Of a stretch of DNA of 64,000 bases, positions 45,309 to 56,123 are shown piece by piece. Positions within the stretch are counted from its first letter, which is position 1; each line of letters begins with the position of its first letter. Under the pieces are notes generated by a model. It did no database searches, was not told the origin of the DNA, and was given only the letters and a program-made list of their open reading frames with translations. The DNA is taken from IMG/VR virus record IMGVR_UViG_3300025070_000022, positions 1-64,000 of that record, one strand, 5' to 3'. The translations under genes were made by a program, and so were the position numbers. This DNA comes from a virus.

Positions 45309-45647
45309 TCACTCAACCTCTATGCTAATGTAAAAATCAATTTCTTCTCCGGAAGTAAATGGCCCTATTCCATCGAATGTAACTCTAGACAACATTTCTG
45401 TGTATCCGCTATTGAAAATTCCTATTTCTCTTATTGTGTATCCAGCAACGGAGGAACCCAAGAGAGTGAATTTGAAATCTACAATGTTCCCGTCACTAGT
45501 AGTAGAAGAAGCAGAAATATCGTATATGGGTACATCTAGGTTAATAGATGCCGGATTGGTAGAGTTACCACCCACTCCCACCCTAGCCTTTGTAAATGTG
45601 TTTTTCAAATGCAAGGCAATGTTTTCTCTAACGGAATCTACTATCAA
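45309..45647 (-). CDS. Small tail/baseplate protein
   Basis: IREIGIFN...LSRVTF tail-collar-like motif. Confidence 0.65.
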   Translation of the reverse strand: MIVDSVRENIALHLKNTFTKARVGVGGNSTNPASINLDVPIYDISASSTTSDGNIVDFKFTLLGSSVAGYTIREIGIFNSGYTEMLSRVTFDGIGPFTSGEEIDFYISIEVE

Positions 45648-48600
45648 AATTCATCCTCCAGTATTGTTTCAAGGGTATTTCCGCCAGCCGATAGACCTAA
45701 ATTTAGGTCGAAGCCTAGTGTCTGCTCAAACCCAAGATTGAAAGAGTTTGCGCTTGCATTAGCCCTTTTCTTGACAACGATTTTTCTTTCTGTTAGGCTT
45801 ATCTTCTCAAAGAAATCTTTAGATGTACGAACATTATCGAAAGAATCGCTTCTTGATTGAGCCTCTATCTTTTTAGTATTCTTCAAAATTTCAGCAAACC
45901 TATCCGTTAAGCCTTTAGTGAATTTACCAAGTTCTAATTTGATAGTACCAATTTGAGTATGTTCCATTTCTAAAATTACATATTTAGAGTATGCAATTCC
46001 TTCTTGTAATAGTTCAAGTCCTATAATATCCGATGGTCTTACTTGTCCTAAATTCCTATGACCTAGTTCCAAAGAAATCTTCTTGTTAGAACTGGAATGT
46101 AATCTTAATAGGTTATACGCCCTATCGTCTACTTCCTGTTGAGTAGATAGGCTATTGTCGTTAATTTCCAATACCTTTCTTCCTCTTTCACGAATACTAC
46201 TTCCGTTCTTTCTAACTGCTATTTTATCGTTAGAATAAACTCTAACTTCATTGTAGAAGTCAAAGAGAACATCAGATTGGCTAAAGTTCACAATTTGTAA
46301 TTCGTTTTTTGCATCTGTAATTGTTATCTTAGGTGAAAATGCTGAATCCTTTTGGTCCTTGATTGAAAATTTATTATTGTCATAAATCAATCTTTTATTT
46401 TTCTTTTCAATTAGATAGTTAATTGCTGAAAATAAATCAGTTCCTTTTAGATTAGGTGCTACAATTAAGGGGTAGTCGTCGGAGTAGCCAGTAGTAAATT
46501 CTATGTCATTTTCTTCAAAGAGATTATTGATGAGAGTTTCTGTTTCTTCACCAATAGTAACTCCAGTACCTATGACTGCCCTAACTGGCTTACCTTTTAG
46601 GTTCTTATTCGTGGTGATAGTAATGGTATCCGATAATGAAACTATGCCTTTAGTCAACTTATGTTTCCCAAAGGTAATGGCAAGACCCCTTCCTACAATG
46701 TCACCATCTCCAGTCCCTAACCAATCTATTTCAGTTGAGGTTTTGAAAGCGGTATTACCGTCGCTGATACATAGTGTCGAAGGTATTTCTGCCTTCTTAG
46801 TTTCTATATCAGCGAATTGATATAAAGCCAATAGCGGGCTTCTAGACACAACATGTTCCTTTGTACCACTGACCACCTTTCCATCTAAGTCTACAGTACA
46901 ATACATAGACAACACTCCTTCGTTATGTCCCATGTTTTCTATTGCAGTACCAGTGCTATATGTTAGGCTTCTCTTAGGGGAGTTTTCACCCTTTATCAAA
47001 TAGTCTTTAATTGTACTATAGGTTTCATTCTTATATGGCATCTTAGTATATTCCGATGATAAAGTGTTTATTTTAATTTTACTAGGAGTATATTCGTAAG
47101 TACAAGTTTCATTAGGTTGCATAACCCTATAGTATCCCGTAGGCAAATTAACATCACTTAGTACTATATGTCTTTTAGTAGAACTACCACTGTCTATTTC
47201 ATGGGTCACTACATAACCCATTGAAGAAGGGGATGTGTTGTTTATTGCGGGTTGTTGTGTATCTAAGTCCACTGTTTGTGTAATGGTAGTGCCAGTTCCG
47301 TATTCTATCCCCTTTTCCGATACTAAATAGCATCCTGTTAAGTCTTTAATGAAATCTAAATATGGATAGTCACTGGAATTTAATGTGTATTTATACAAGG
47401 TAGTTCCCGATGGTCCTCTTACAGAAGCACTACTAGGTAGTTTAATTCTAAGTTTGAATCCCATATAGACCCCTTCTCCGTCGCTAGTCGTTGTAGATTC
47501 TAGACTACTATTGCCACCTCTTACGGTTCCTATTGGATTGTCAAATAGATTAGGTCTTACTGTAAATCCATAATTTAGCAAAGTTCCATTTGGATATTCT
47601 CTTAAATGGGCGTTGTTGATTGGCGGAGTTACTGTTCCCGACTCCGATAGAATTGAGCCATCTTCCGTGTCGAATCTATCTAATACTACTCCCATAAACC
47701 CATATCTTAGGAATTGAGAAGGAGTGGTAGCATTGACAGTAGCGTCTAAAAGAGAATTATAGTGTTTTAATAATAGACTAGAATGCCCCGTCACAGCAGA
47801 GTTGTCGATGAACGGAGCATTATTACTAGAACTACCTTGAGTCATTGGTAGGATTAAATGACTATGGTGATTGCTAGTAGCAGTGAGTCCGTTTAGTGCG
47901 CCTCCTATCTCTGTCGTAGAAGTATCATTTTCAAACTTACCACCGTGAAGTATTGAAATCAAAGGATGAATACTAGAATCAAACTCGGAAGCCCCCTTAC
48001 TATCTCCATGTCCTCTAAATATGGCTTGCCGTTTAACTGCCTTGAATAAATTACCTGTAGCAATTCCTCCCGAACTAGTTGTCTTTACTATCTTTCTAGT
48101 AGAATCCCCATGATACAAATTCTTTAGCGTTATTGTAGTGGTCGAAACACTAGAAACTTCCCCAATCATATTTCCATCGCTGTCACAAATAATGTCATTT
48201 GCACTTAGGGAAGAACTCACATCTGAAGTAGTGAGTATAGCATCGTCGGAATCTCTAAAGCCAAAAGTCGTTCCTAAATCTGTAAATTCATAAAAGTGAT
48301 AATTGAAGATTCTCATTGTTTTTGTTTTGTTTGGAAGGTGTTCGGGGTTTATTTGATTCATAGTTGAATCGAAAACTAACTCAGTTAATCTCATTAAACC
48401 AAAAGTAGTCATTTTGGTAATGTCTTCTACATCGTATTCTAAGATGTTAGCCGTATCATAATCATTGTCTAGGTATTTCTTTGCCTTTCCAGAACCTCCA
48501 TACTTAGAATGTTTATCGGAAGTAGTATCTTCTGTTGGTTTGTTCAACAAATACAGACTAAAGTTTTTCAAATCCCTATTAGAGTAGAACAGACTATCAT

Positions 48601-51600
48601 CTCTCAATTTACTATACGGTAATAAATCCGAAGTCGCAAATAGGAAAAGTCTAGCGGCTTTAGGGTCTAACTGTTCCAAGAAATCTTTAATGTAAAAGTT
48701 AGATTTAATTCTACCACCTAATGTAGAGTCGTGTGAAGTAAAAACTTTATCTCTAGAGTGACCTGCTTCATGTACCACATAATCCCAAAATAGTGAACCA
48801 CTAGCAGGGAAATATCCCCTCTCCTCAACTGGCAAGTGTAAATGAGAAGTTTCTCTAAATCTACTAGGTATTTTTTCTAAGGCGGTAGAACTTCTTCCTT
48901 GATTCATTTTGTAGGACGAAGCATAGTATTGAACCGAACTACTACCATCATAGTAATTAGCATCGGAAGCCCTACCAACCTCTTCCTTTTCTGCGGTACT
49001 AACATCAGTAGTGTGATATTTACTAGCAATCACTTGTGTTTTTCTATTAAAAATTCCTTTCTCTATGTGGTTTATTTTGTAAAGAGGAACTCCATATTTT
49101 TCAACATAGGTTTCGACCAATTCGTGAGTTAGTGCTGTAGTTGGTCTAAGATAATTGTAGTAGGTTGGCTTCTGCATATCATCAGCCCCATAATCAACTC
49201 CTGCTTCAATTCCATATTGAGAATTCAATAGAGTTATCATCTTACCCCCATGTAAATGCTCTCCATTCACTAGGTACAAATTGTGAGTATTTTTTCCGGA
49301 ATACTGATTATTTGCTGTAGTTGTGAACCCTAATGTAGAAATGGTTTCACCCAAACTGAAATTATTTACTGCCCTATCTAAGAAAACTCTCCAAGTATCT
49401 ACCCCACTTGAAACTGTATTATAGCATACTACTTGAGTACAATATCCTACAAATACAGAACTCAAATAAATAGGCAACCCTACATCTGCCACTGTCTTGA
49501 TAGTAGAAGTATTGGACGGGTTAATGTCTAGGTATTTGTTACCATCAACATCAAAACCACTACCACTACTAGTAGTAACACCTATTGTGGTTAATGTGGT
49601 ATCGTAAGTATCGCTATCATTATGGTCTACTCTTCCTAAAGTTACAGGGAAGTAAGGGGCTAATTCTATGGTGGTTTTTCCATCTACAGTAGAGGTGTTC
49701 AAAACAGTAAAATCAATCAAGGTATTGACTGTTTCAAAGGTTTCATAATTTGTACCTCCATCACTTAGTTTGGCTTGGAACGCTTCTTCCTTTCCTATAG
49801 AAGAGGGGTGTTGTATATGAAATCCAACGGCATTGCTATCAACTCCGGAAGTTCTAGAAGTAGTACTCCCACTCAGTAGAGTACCGTCTAGTTTTTCGCC
49901 ACTGTTGAAAAGTAATCCCTTGTCACTATTTCCCCCTAGGCTAGTAGCAAAGGTGGGTAGTTTATTGTTAGCAGATAGGGCTTTATTTAGAATATAATTT
50001 GTTTCTACTTCTTTCCATAGTTGTATTTCATTGACAGTATCAGTACTCATTGCTTCCGCCAATGGTAAATTTTTCAAAGATATTGTAGTTTTTCCTATTG
50101 ATGGAAAGTTTAGTGTTGTGGTCGCTCCCTCTCCTATGTACGCTACTACACCATTTGTGTATTTTACAAATAGTTTTTTATTTACTAAACCAGTACTAAA
50201 ATTAGTGATAGCAAAGGTTTTATTGTTAAAAGTTAAATCTCCCCCACTGTCCAAAACCCCGACAAGTTCTAACTTATTGTGTGGACTTCTAGTTGAATAG
50301 ATAATATCCTCCGAAAAATTAGAATTACGATTTACTATTGGAGAAATTAGTTTTGAATAGTTATCCCTACCGGAAATAGTCATAGTACTCATACCCATAT
50401 TTTTGTCTATTTCTATTTGTTCTATTTCTCCGTTGAATCTCTCTACTTCAATGATATATTGTCCGGAGACATATTCCAAAGAAGTGTAAGCAACATTGTA
50501 TTTTTTACCTATTGAGTTATTGAAGGATAGAGTTAGAAACTTTTGGTCTTTATTTGAACTCGTTACAGTCGCTTCAAGTCCTGCATAATTCTTATCCAAG
50601 AAAACTATTTTTAGTTGACTTTCTCTTCCTTCAATGAAAGGAAAGGTAGTGAGTAGATTGCTCTTAGATGAACTAAAGGCTCTACGATATAATCTATCAC
50701 CTGCGCTTAGTGTATAGGAAGAGGTAGAGAAGGAACTTTCTGTGTCTAATCTAGAACTAGTAGTGAAAGTAATATCTTGTGTAAATGCACTAGCATTGAA
50801 AGCATCAATTGTATCAACTCTTACTACTCTAGACCCTACTAATATTTCATCATCTAATGATAACAAATTCGCTAAATCATATCCTTCTTCTGTAGTAAAT
50901 GTGTACTCATTTCCTGTGACATTTGCCTTCACTGTCGCCTTGAGGGGGAACCATTCAAAGAACTCACCCCTATGCTGTTGCTGTCGAACTCTAAAAGCCT
51001 CAAACTCCCCTACCTTTGAGGACATGATTCGGGAGGTGTCTACAATTCTTGACTCCGCATAACCCCCCCTCCCGCCAAATGATTCTTTCAAATTGGTGCT
51101 AATAACCATAGGGACTTCGTTGGCTGTTTCGGGAGAATAGCCGTAGTGAAGATACCGATATGGGCCAACTAGATTGAGAGCGGATTTCACATTGTTGTCG
51201 TCACGCCTAGCATGGTAAAACGATTCATCATAATCTGTGAAGTCATTATTCACTAATGTCAATCCTTCATTAGAAGTCTGTTTGGTGCTAGTATAACTGC
51301 TAGTACTGGGGTCGTCTAGTACCTTTAAATTGTCAACAAGCGCAGTTTTAATGTTAAACTTACTGTAGTCTTTAACAGAAAAACCATAGTCTTGAGAAGT
51401 AATAAATGTGTTTGTCACAAATGAACTAATGGTAGCACTGCCCATTTGAGAAGAAGCATATTTGACATAATATTTTTTATTGTGGTCAAGTTGATTCTTC
51501 TTATCTAGTCTAGAATTGTGAAAGTAAAATAGGGGTTTAGAACATAGCAATGATTTATTCATTCTGTAGGTAGTGCTACCCGCAGTAATTTCAGTAGCAA

Positions 51601-52129
51601 GAACACCACTACTCACCGCCACTATAGTAGATTCATCCTCATCATCTCCTCTAAATACCATGAATTTAGTGTCCTTGGTAATAGAAGAACCTAGTCTCGG
51701 CTCAAATTCAAAACTATCCCCTGCAACATCATCAGTAGTAAATTGTGTAATTCTAGCAAAGTGGTGAGTTAATCCACTATCCGAGTTTATCAATACATAG
51801 TGATTATAGCCATTATCAGTAGAATTTAGGCGAATGCCTTCTTCAGTAATGCTATCATAGCACTTTATTTTGTACCCCTCGGTATTTTCTAAATTGGAAT
51901 ATTGTGTACCGGCAGAATCCGAACCTTGTAATTGCTGAACGAAAATGTCATTATTAGAATCATCAGTAGATATGTAAGTGAACATTCTATGGGTATCAGT
52001 ACAAGTAAGCGTATCGTGAATAATAGGATTCGTAGGGCAATCGAAATTGACATTGTTACCTGCGTTTCCTAGAGTGGCTTCCACAGTAGGATTTATTGCA
52101 GTACCCTTACGCATAGCATATACTGTCAT
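45644..52129 (-). CDS. Giant tail-tip/central fibre protein (2161 aa)
   Basis: Beta-rich; ISGRDN and C-terminal hub-like region; position after Dit-like and LamG genes. Confidence 0.75.
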   Translation of the reverse strand: MTVYAMRKGTAINPTVEATLGNAGNNVNFDCPTNPIIHDTLTCTDTHRMFTYISTDDSNNDIFVQQLQGSDSAGTQYSNLENTEGYKIKCYDSITEEGIRLNSTDNGYNHYVLINSDSGLTHHFARITQFTTDDVAGDSFEFEPRLGSSITKDTKFMVFRGDDEDESTIVAVSSGVLATEITAGSTTYRMNKSLLCSKPLFYFHNSRLDKKNQLDHNKKYYVKYASSQMGSATISSFVTNTFITSQDYGFSVKDYSKFNIKTALVDNLKVLDDPSTSSYTSTKQTSNEGLTLVNNDFTDYDESFYHARRDDNNVKSALNLVGPYRYLHYGYSPETANEVPMVISTNLKESFGGRGGYAESRIVDTSRIMSSKVGEFEAFRVRQQQHRGEFFEWFPLKATVKANVTGNEYTFTTEEGYDLANLLSLDDEILVGSRVVRVDTIDAFNASAFTQDITFTTSSRLDTESSFSTSSYTLSAGDRLYRRAFSSSKSNLLTTFPFIEGRESQLKIVFLDKNYAGLEATVTSSNKDQKFLTLSFNNSIGKKYNVAYTSLEYVSGQYIIEVERFNGEIEQIEIDKNMGMSTMTISGRDNYSKLISPIVNRNSNFSEDIIYSTRSPHNKLELVGVLDSGGDLTFNNKTFAITNFSTGLVNKKLFVKYTNGVVAYIGEGATTTLNFPSIGKTTISLKNLPLAEAMSTDTVNEIQLWKEVETNYILNKALSANNKLPTFATSLGGNSDKGLLFNSGEKLDGTLLSGSTTSRTSGVDSNAVGFHIQHPSSIGKEEAFQAKLSDGGTNYETFETVNTLIDFTVLNTSTVDGKTTIELAPYFPVTLGRVDHNDSDTYDTTLTTIGVTTSSGSGFDVDGNKYLDINPSNTSTIKTVADVGLPIYLSSVFVGYCTQVVCYNTVSSGVDTWRVFLDRAVNNFSLGETISTLGFTTTANNQYSGKNTHNLYLVNGEHLHGGKMITLLNSQYGIEAGVDYGADDMQKPTYYNYLRPTTALTHELVETYVEKYGVPLYKINHIEKGIFNRKTQVIASKYHTTDVSTAEKEEVGRASDANYYDGSSSVQYYASSYKMNQGRSSTALEKIPSRFRETSHLHLPVEERGYFPASGSLFWDYVVHEAGHSRDKVFTSHDSTLGGRIKSNFYIKDFLEQLDPKAARLFLFATSDLLPYSKLRDDSLFYSNRDLKNFSLYLLNKPTEDTTSDKHSKYGGSGKAKKYLDNDYDTANILEYDVEDITKMTTFGLMRLTELVFDSTMNQINPEHLPNKTKTMRIFNYHFYEFTDLGTTFGFRDSDDAILTTSDVSSSLSANDIICDSDGNMIGEVSSVSTTTITLKNLYHGDSTRKIVKTTSSGGIATGNLFKAVKRQAIFRGHGDSKGASEFDSSIHPLISILHGGKFENDTSTTEIGGALNGLTATSNHHSHLILPMTQGSSSNNAPFIDNSAVTGHSSLLLKHYNSLLDATVNATTPSQFLRYGFMGVVLDRFDTEDGSILSESGTVTPPINNAHLREYPNGTLLNYGFTVRPNLFDNPIGTVRGGNSSLESTTTSDGEGVYMGFKLRIKLPSSASVRGPSGTTLYKYTLNSSDYPYLDFIKDLTGCYLVSEKGIEYGTGTTITQTVDLDTQQPAINNTSPSSMGYVVTHEIDSGSSTKRHIVLSDVNLPTGYYRVMQPNETCTYEYTPSKIKINTLSSEYTKMPYKNETYSTIKDYLIKGENSPKRSLTYSTGTAIENMGHNEGVLSMYCTVDLDGKVVSGTKEHVVSRSPLLALYQFADIETKKAEIPSTLCISDGNTAFKTSTEIDWLGTGDGDIVGRGLAITFGKHKLTKGIVSLSDTITITTNKNLKGKPVRAVIGTGVTIGEETETLINNLFEENDIEFTTGYSDDYPLIVAPNLKGTDLFSAINYLIEKKNKRLIYDNNKFSIKDQKDSAFSPKITITDAKNELQIVNFSQSDVLFDFYNEVRVYSNDKIAVRKNGSSIRERGRKVLEINDNSLSTQQEVDDRAYNLLRLHSSSNKKISLELGHRNLGQVRPSDIIGLELLQEGIAYSKYVILEMEHTQIGTIKLELGKFTKGLTDRFAEILKNTKKIEAQSRSDSFDNVRTSKDFFEKISLTERKIVVKKRANASANSFNLGFEQTLGFDLNLGLSAGGNTLETILEDEF

Positions 52130-53283
52130 TGGTCTATCTCCTCGAATCTAAAGTAAAGTACTGTGTCTGCAAATCTAGGGGTTAAATTATTGACATTGAA
52201 TTTATTTCTAGCCCCCCTACTCATAGCAAATTCGTGAAACTCTCCCATAAATTGCTTGTTAGTGGTCGCACTATTTGTACCAGTAGCCCCGCTACCATTA
52301 GCACCCAAAAATAAATCTTCTTTATCCATAGCAAATGTCCCACTCCCCGAATGGGTAGCACTTGCCACTTCACTATTATTAAAATAAATTGCCATTACTT
52401 TGCTATCCGAATCATAAGTAGCGGCTATGTGAAATAGCCCATCAACATAAGATGGATTCATTGGTGCTTTGATATAGAGGTCTGTTGAATTTAGTGCAGT
52501 AGATTGAGAAGTATCCAAAGTCACTGCAAAAGAATCTCCGGAAGAAGACGATGGAGTGGCGGCAACCTTTCCTATGGAAGTAAAACCAAATCCATTCTTT
52601 ATGAATAGTTCTTGGCCTTCGTGTAGTATATTGTTTGCAGTGGAAATAAAGGTCAAAGTAGTCCCACTATTCCCACTAGATTTTGTTGTTCTAGCATAGA
52701 CATGACTGTATTTACCATTGGAGTCAAAAATACCTTTAGCATACGAGACTTGTGTGTGACTACCAAGCGGCCAATTAATTCCACTAGAAGGCAAAATTAA
52801 TGCAGAAGTTTCTAGACTTTGAGTAGTAGTACCCAGTGTAACAGAAAATTTAATCTTGTATTCTGCCGGTTGGTTTTCATTATGCAAAGTAGTATTTATC
52901 AAAGAAAGTTGCACCTTACTACTATGGAATATTCTCATCTCATGTGTGTGTTTTGCAGTTTCAGCCAAATAGTAATGAGAAACATAATCTGTTTGAGTCA
53001 CATCTTTGTCAATTGCTGGCATTACCTTTCCGGAGTCTGTTGATACATAATTTAAGGCTCCTACACTATGCCTACCGTATCCGTTTAAGTCGTATGGTGT
53101 CACAGTAGCCTCGATAGTAAAAGCGTCGTCTAAAGACCAAGGCCCATACACTACATCATCACTACTACCAATGCTAGAATCTGCTCCTATCGCAATATTA
53201 TCATAATAGTCTATTTTCACATGACCATTACACATTACAGGGAAGACTAAACTTCTTTGCTTTCCTGTTAATACTCGATACAT
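52126..53283 (-). CDS. LamG/concanavalin-A-like tail protein
   Basis: FTIEA, FHIAATYD...IYFNN, LFLGA, FMGEFHEF. Confidence 0.75.
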   Translation of the reverse strand: MYRVLTGKQRSLVFPVMCNGHVKIDYYDNIAIGADSSIGSSDDVVYGPWSLDDAFTIEATVTPYDLNGYGRHSVGALNYVSTDSGKVMPAIDKDVTQTDYVSHYYLAETAKHTHEMRIFHSSKVQLSLINTTLHNENQPAEYKIKFSVTLGTTTQSLETSALILPSSGINWPLGSHTQVSYAKGIFDSNGKYSHVYARTTKSSGNSGTTLTFISTANNILHEGQELFIKNGFGFTSIGKVAATPSSSSGDSFAVTLDTSQSTALNSTDLYIKAPMNPSYVDGLFHIAATYDSDSKVMAIYFNNSEVASATHSGSGTFAMDKEDLFLGANGSGATGTNSATTNKQFMGEFHEFAMSRGARNKFNVNNLTPRFADTVLYFRFEEIDQ

Positions 53284-53292
53284 AATTTCACC

Positions 53293-53964
53293 TCAAGAAA
53301 GAGCGTCGGCTAACTTGGTAGCAACCTTTCCACTTGGGAATACTTCTGCAATTTCAAACTGCATACTAAAACCCACATCAATAGTTTCCGAGTCTATTGT
53401 AGATTCAAAACTTCTAATGAATCCTTTCATTCCCTCGGAAGTACTAGAAGTAGGAAAGTCACTGACTACTCTACCAACAGTTCCGTAGTTGTCTAACTTA
53501 CCACCTTCCCCTCTAGAAGCGTAGTTGAATGGAATAGTGGTAGCAGTTCTAGCGTTGCCGTCTGCCCCTACCTTAGAATCATATAGAAATACTAGTTCGT
53601 TGATAGATTGGAATGTTTGTAATCCAGTAGAGTCTACACTAGAATGAATCATTTGTGCTATTTCAATTGGAGTGTAAATCCTAGGGCCTTCATCTTCTGT
53701 AGCCAGCCCATTCCATTTTTTATTGATAGCCTGTTCTGTGATGAAACCTTGTAGACTCACGCTTTTAGAAGCCATACCCAAGTCTAGAGCGGCGGTTACT
53801 GATTCTCCGGATAACGCTCCCGATAGAGGAACTTCGATAGAAGGAATTGTCTTGTTAGTACTGATGCTAAGACTAGTGACCTTCAAAGGAATGGTATTGA
53901 TAGATAAGTCGTCAGTTCGGTATGCCCCGAATTTCAAGAATACTACATGGTCTAATGCGCTCAT
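53293..53964 (-). CDS. Distal-tail-like protein
   Basis: Position directly after tape measure gene; beta-rich. Confidence 0.5.
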   Translation of the reverse strand: MSALDHVVFLKFGAYRTDDLSINTIPLKVTSLSISTNKTIPSIEVPLSGALSGESVTAALDLGMASKSVSLQGFITEQAINKKWNGLATEDEGPRIYTPIEIAQMIHSSVDSTGLQTFQSINELVFLYDSKVGADGNARTATTIPFNYASRGEGGKLDNYGTVGRVVSDFPTSSTSEGMKGFIRSFESTIDSETIDVGFSMQFEIAEVFPSGKVATKLADALS

Positions 53965-53968
53965 ATTA

Positions 53969-55495
53969 TCATGCTCCTAAACTTCTAGAGGAAGTCGTTC
54001 TGTTGATTTCTTTGTTAATCATCTTACCAACCTTCTGTGCTATAATTCTTAATTCACTGTCGGAAGACCCAACCCTACCGTTAATATTGACGGTGATGTT
54101 ATTTCCTCCACTGCTAACCATCTTTCTAGATTCTTGATTAGAATGTACTCGGCTTCCCTTTGGTAGTCTTACTAGTTCCGGTCCTCTTTCTCCAACTAAG
54201 GAGAGGCCGCTCTTAGTCACACCGCCGTTAGCGAATGGGTTTATTGCCAAAATAATAGCCCCTATTGCCGCCACAATAATACCAGCAAGAATGGCTGGTA
54301 ATGATATTACACCTAAAGCGAGTATAGGAAACAACGCAATTAAGGCTCCTATAGCCATGATAGTAAATGCTATTTTATTTAATTGATTCCCAAAAGAGTA
54401 TTTTATATCATCTATTTCTTGACCCAATATGGTCATTATTCCAGCCAAGGCAGGAGATAATAAAATAATTAGTAGGCCTACTGCCATTTCTAATAGGCCG
54501 TTAAGAGTGGTAACAAAACCACTCAGTAAGTCGGAAAAACTACCGTCTTCAAAAATAGCCTCATACATCAAAGTCAAGCCGTCAATAACAGTACCTAATC
54601 CTCTCCCTATTGTACGAAGACCTACCATTGATACTGCTAAAATGTTCTCAGCCCACTTCATTAATCCCTCTCCAGTCACCCCTAAATATTTAGCAAGTTT
54701 AACGACGGCATATACGCCGAGAATTACAAGTAATCCTATGGCTAACGCCTTTCCTATTACAAGTAAGGAAACGGTGAAAAACATACCTGCTTTTTTAGAC
54801 ACCTTATCTAATCTTTTATACATGGAAACTGACTTACTACCCAACCACGAAGTATATCGTGACAACTTCTTTTTATTTTTGAGTTCTTTTTTAACAGCAA
54901 TTGAACTCTTAGAAATAAAAGATAATAATTTAGATTGAGTAAAAAATTTCTTTAAGGTTAAGTCTGCCGGACCTTTGGGAGAAAGACCTAACAATCTATC
55001 CTTTCTAGTTTGAAATGCAGGGCCTTGCATCTTATTAGGGCCTTTTGCCAGTTCCATTACAGTTTCTATTTGCTCTTTAGATTTCCTAAAAGAACCCCCA
55101 ACTCCATAGAGAACAGAACCAATAAAACCCTCTTTCTTCCCCCCTGCTAAGGGCTTGGCAATGAATGTATCAATACCGGATAACATGGTATCCATACGAT
55201 TTTTAAAGATGAAATATCCGGGGACTCCGTACATTAACTTGTGGAAAATACCAGCAGGGCCGCTAGTTCTTCTTAAAAAACCCTTTTCCGCACTACCAAT
55301 AAATCTAGTAAGTATTGTTTCTACTTCTGCAACATCTTTAGTAGTTTTTTTAGCAGATTCCCCCAAAGTTTCCACTGCTTTGCTTTGTGCTTTCATAGCA
55401 GTACTAGATGCTCTTAGAATAGTAAGCATTTCTTTTTGAATTTGGACTAAACCATACATATTGTTGTTGATTTTTTCCAAATTTAATTCAGCCAT
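53969..55495 (-). CDS. Tape measure protein
   Basis: Helical, hydrophobic segments, FANGG...LVGERGPELV motif; follows chaperone genes. Confidence 0.8.
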   Translation of the reverse strand: MAELNLEKINNNMYGLVQIQKEMLTILRASSTAMKAQSKAVETLGESAKKTTKDVAEVETILTRFIGSAEKGFLRRTSGPAGIFHKLMYGVPGYFIFKNRMDTMLSGIDTFIAKPLAGGKKEGFIGSVLYGVGGSFRKSKEQIETVMELAKGPNKMQGPAFQTRKDRLLGLSPKGPADLTLKKFFTQSKLLSFISKSSIAVKKELKNKKKLSRYTSWLGSKSVSMYKRLDKVSKKAGMFFTVSLLVIGKALAIGLLVILGVYAVVKLAKYLGVTGEGLMKWAENILAVSMVGLRTIGRGLGTVIDGLTLMYEAIFEDGSFSDLLSGFVTTLNGLLEMAVGLLIILLSPALAGIMTILGQEIDDIKYSFGNQLNKIAFTIMAIGALIALFPILALGVISLPAILAGIIVAAIGAIILAINPFANGGVTKSGLSLVGERGPELVRLPKGSRVHSNQESRKMVSSGGNNITVNINGRVGSSDSELRIIAQKVGKMINKEINRTTSSRSLGA

Positions 55496-55499
55496 GTTA

Positions 55500-55706
55500 T
55501 CACTTCACCTTATTCATTTCCTTGTTCATGGCTTCGGCTTTAAGTTCTTCTACATTTCTGTGTATATACAAAAAGTCCATCACCATACTTGCTGGCATTT
55601 GCATCACTTCTAAGGGGCTTATTGATAATGCGCTGGACAATGTATAGGTGATTAAGAGAGATGCCATAGCAGGGTCTTTACTCCTACCATTAAGGGCATC
55701 TCTCAC
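55500..55706 (-). CDS. Tail assembly chaperone, frameshift extension (gpT-like)
   Basis: In the -1 frame reached from A AAA AAC at 55712-55718. Confidence 0.7.
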   Translation of the reverse strand: MRDALNGRSKDPAMASLLITYTLSSALSISPLEVMQMPASMVMDFLYIHRNVEELKAEAMNKEMNKVK

Positions 55707-56068
55707 TCTTCGTTTTTTGCTGAATCCTCTGCTAGTGCTTCCATTGGATTAGGTAGCACTTCTTTCAGTTGTGAGCCAATATATGGCGTGAGTCTAATTA
55801 GTTCTAGAGTAGATAGAGTTGGTTCTGTGCGAACAACAAACTTCTCTACTAGGTAGCGATACATTCCATTTAGGTCAATATCAAAACTTTGTGTCTTGGC
55901 ATCAATGTTCATTAGAGAAGTCATAGCCTGTTCTACTTCTAGCCATGTAGGTTCTCTAATCCAAACCTTAAGGTATTCGTCGCTTTCCGGTGACACTCTT
56001 AATTCGTGACACTTCTCTTCTTGTAGTGCAAATAATACACTCTTATTTTTTACGGTATTTTTCTCCAT
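55703..56068 (-). CDS. Tail assembly chaperone (gpG-like)
   Basis: Between tube and tape measure genes; slippery heptamer near 3' end. Confidence 0.75.
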   Translation of the reverse strand: MEKNTVKNKSVLFALQEEKCHELRVSPESDEYLKVWIREPTWLEVEQAMTSLMNIDAKTQSFDIDLNGMYRYLVEKFVVRTEPTLSTLELIRLTPYIGSQLKEVLPNPMEALAEDSAKNEE

Positions 56069-56123
56069 AGTTTTCTCCACCTTCAAAACCAACAAACAAA
56101 CAAACGGTGTTGGTGGAATATAA

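Noticed and set aside
42354-52129. Diversity-generating retroelement acting on tail fibres
   Set aside because: No reverse transcriptase and no TR/VR repeat pair noticed
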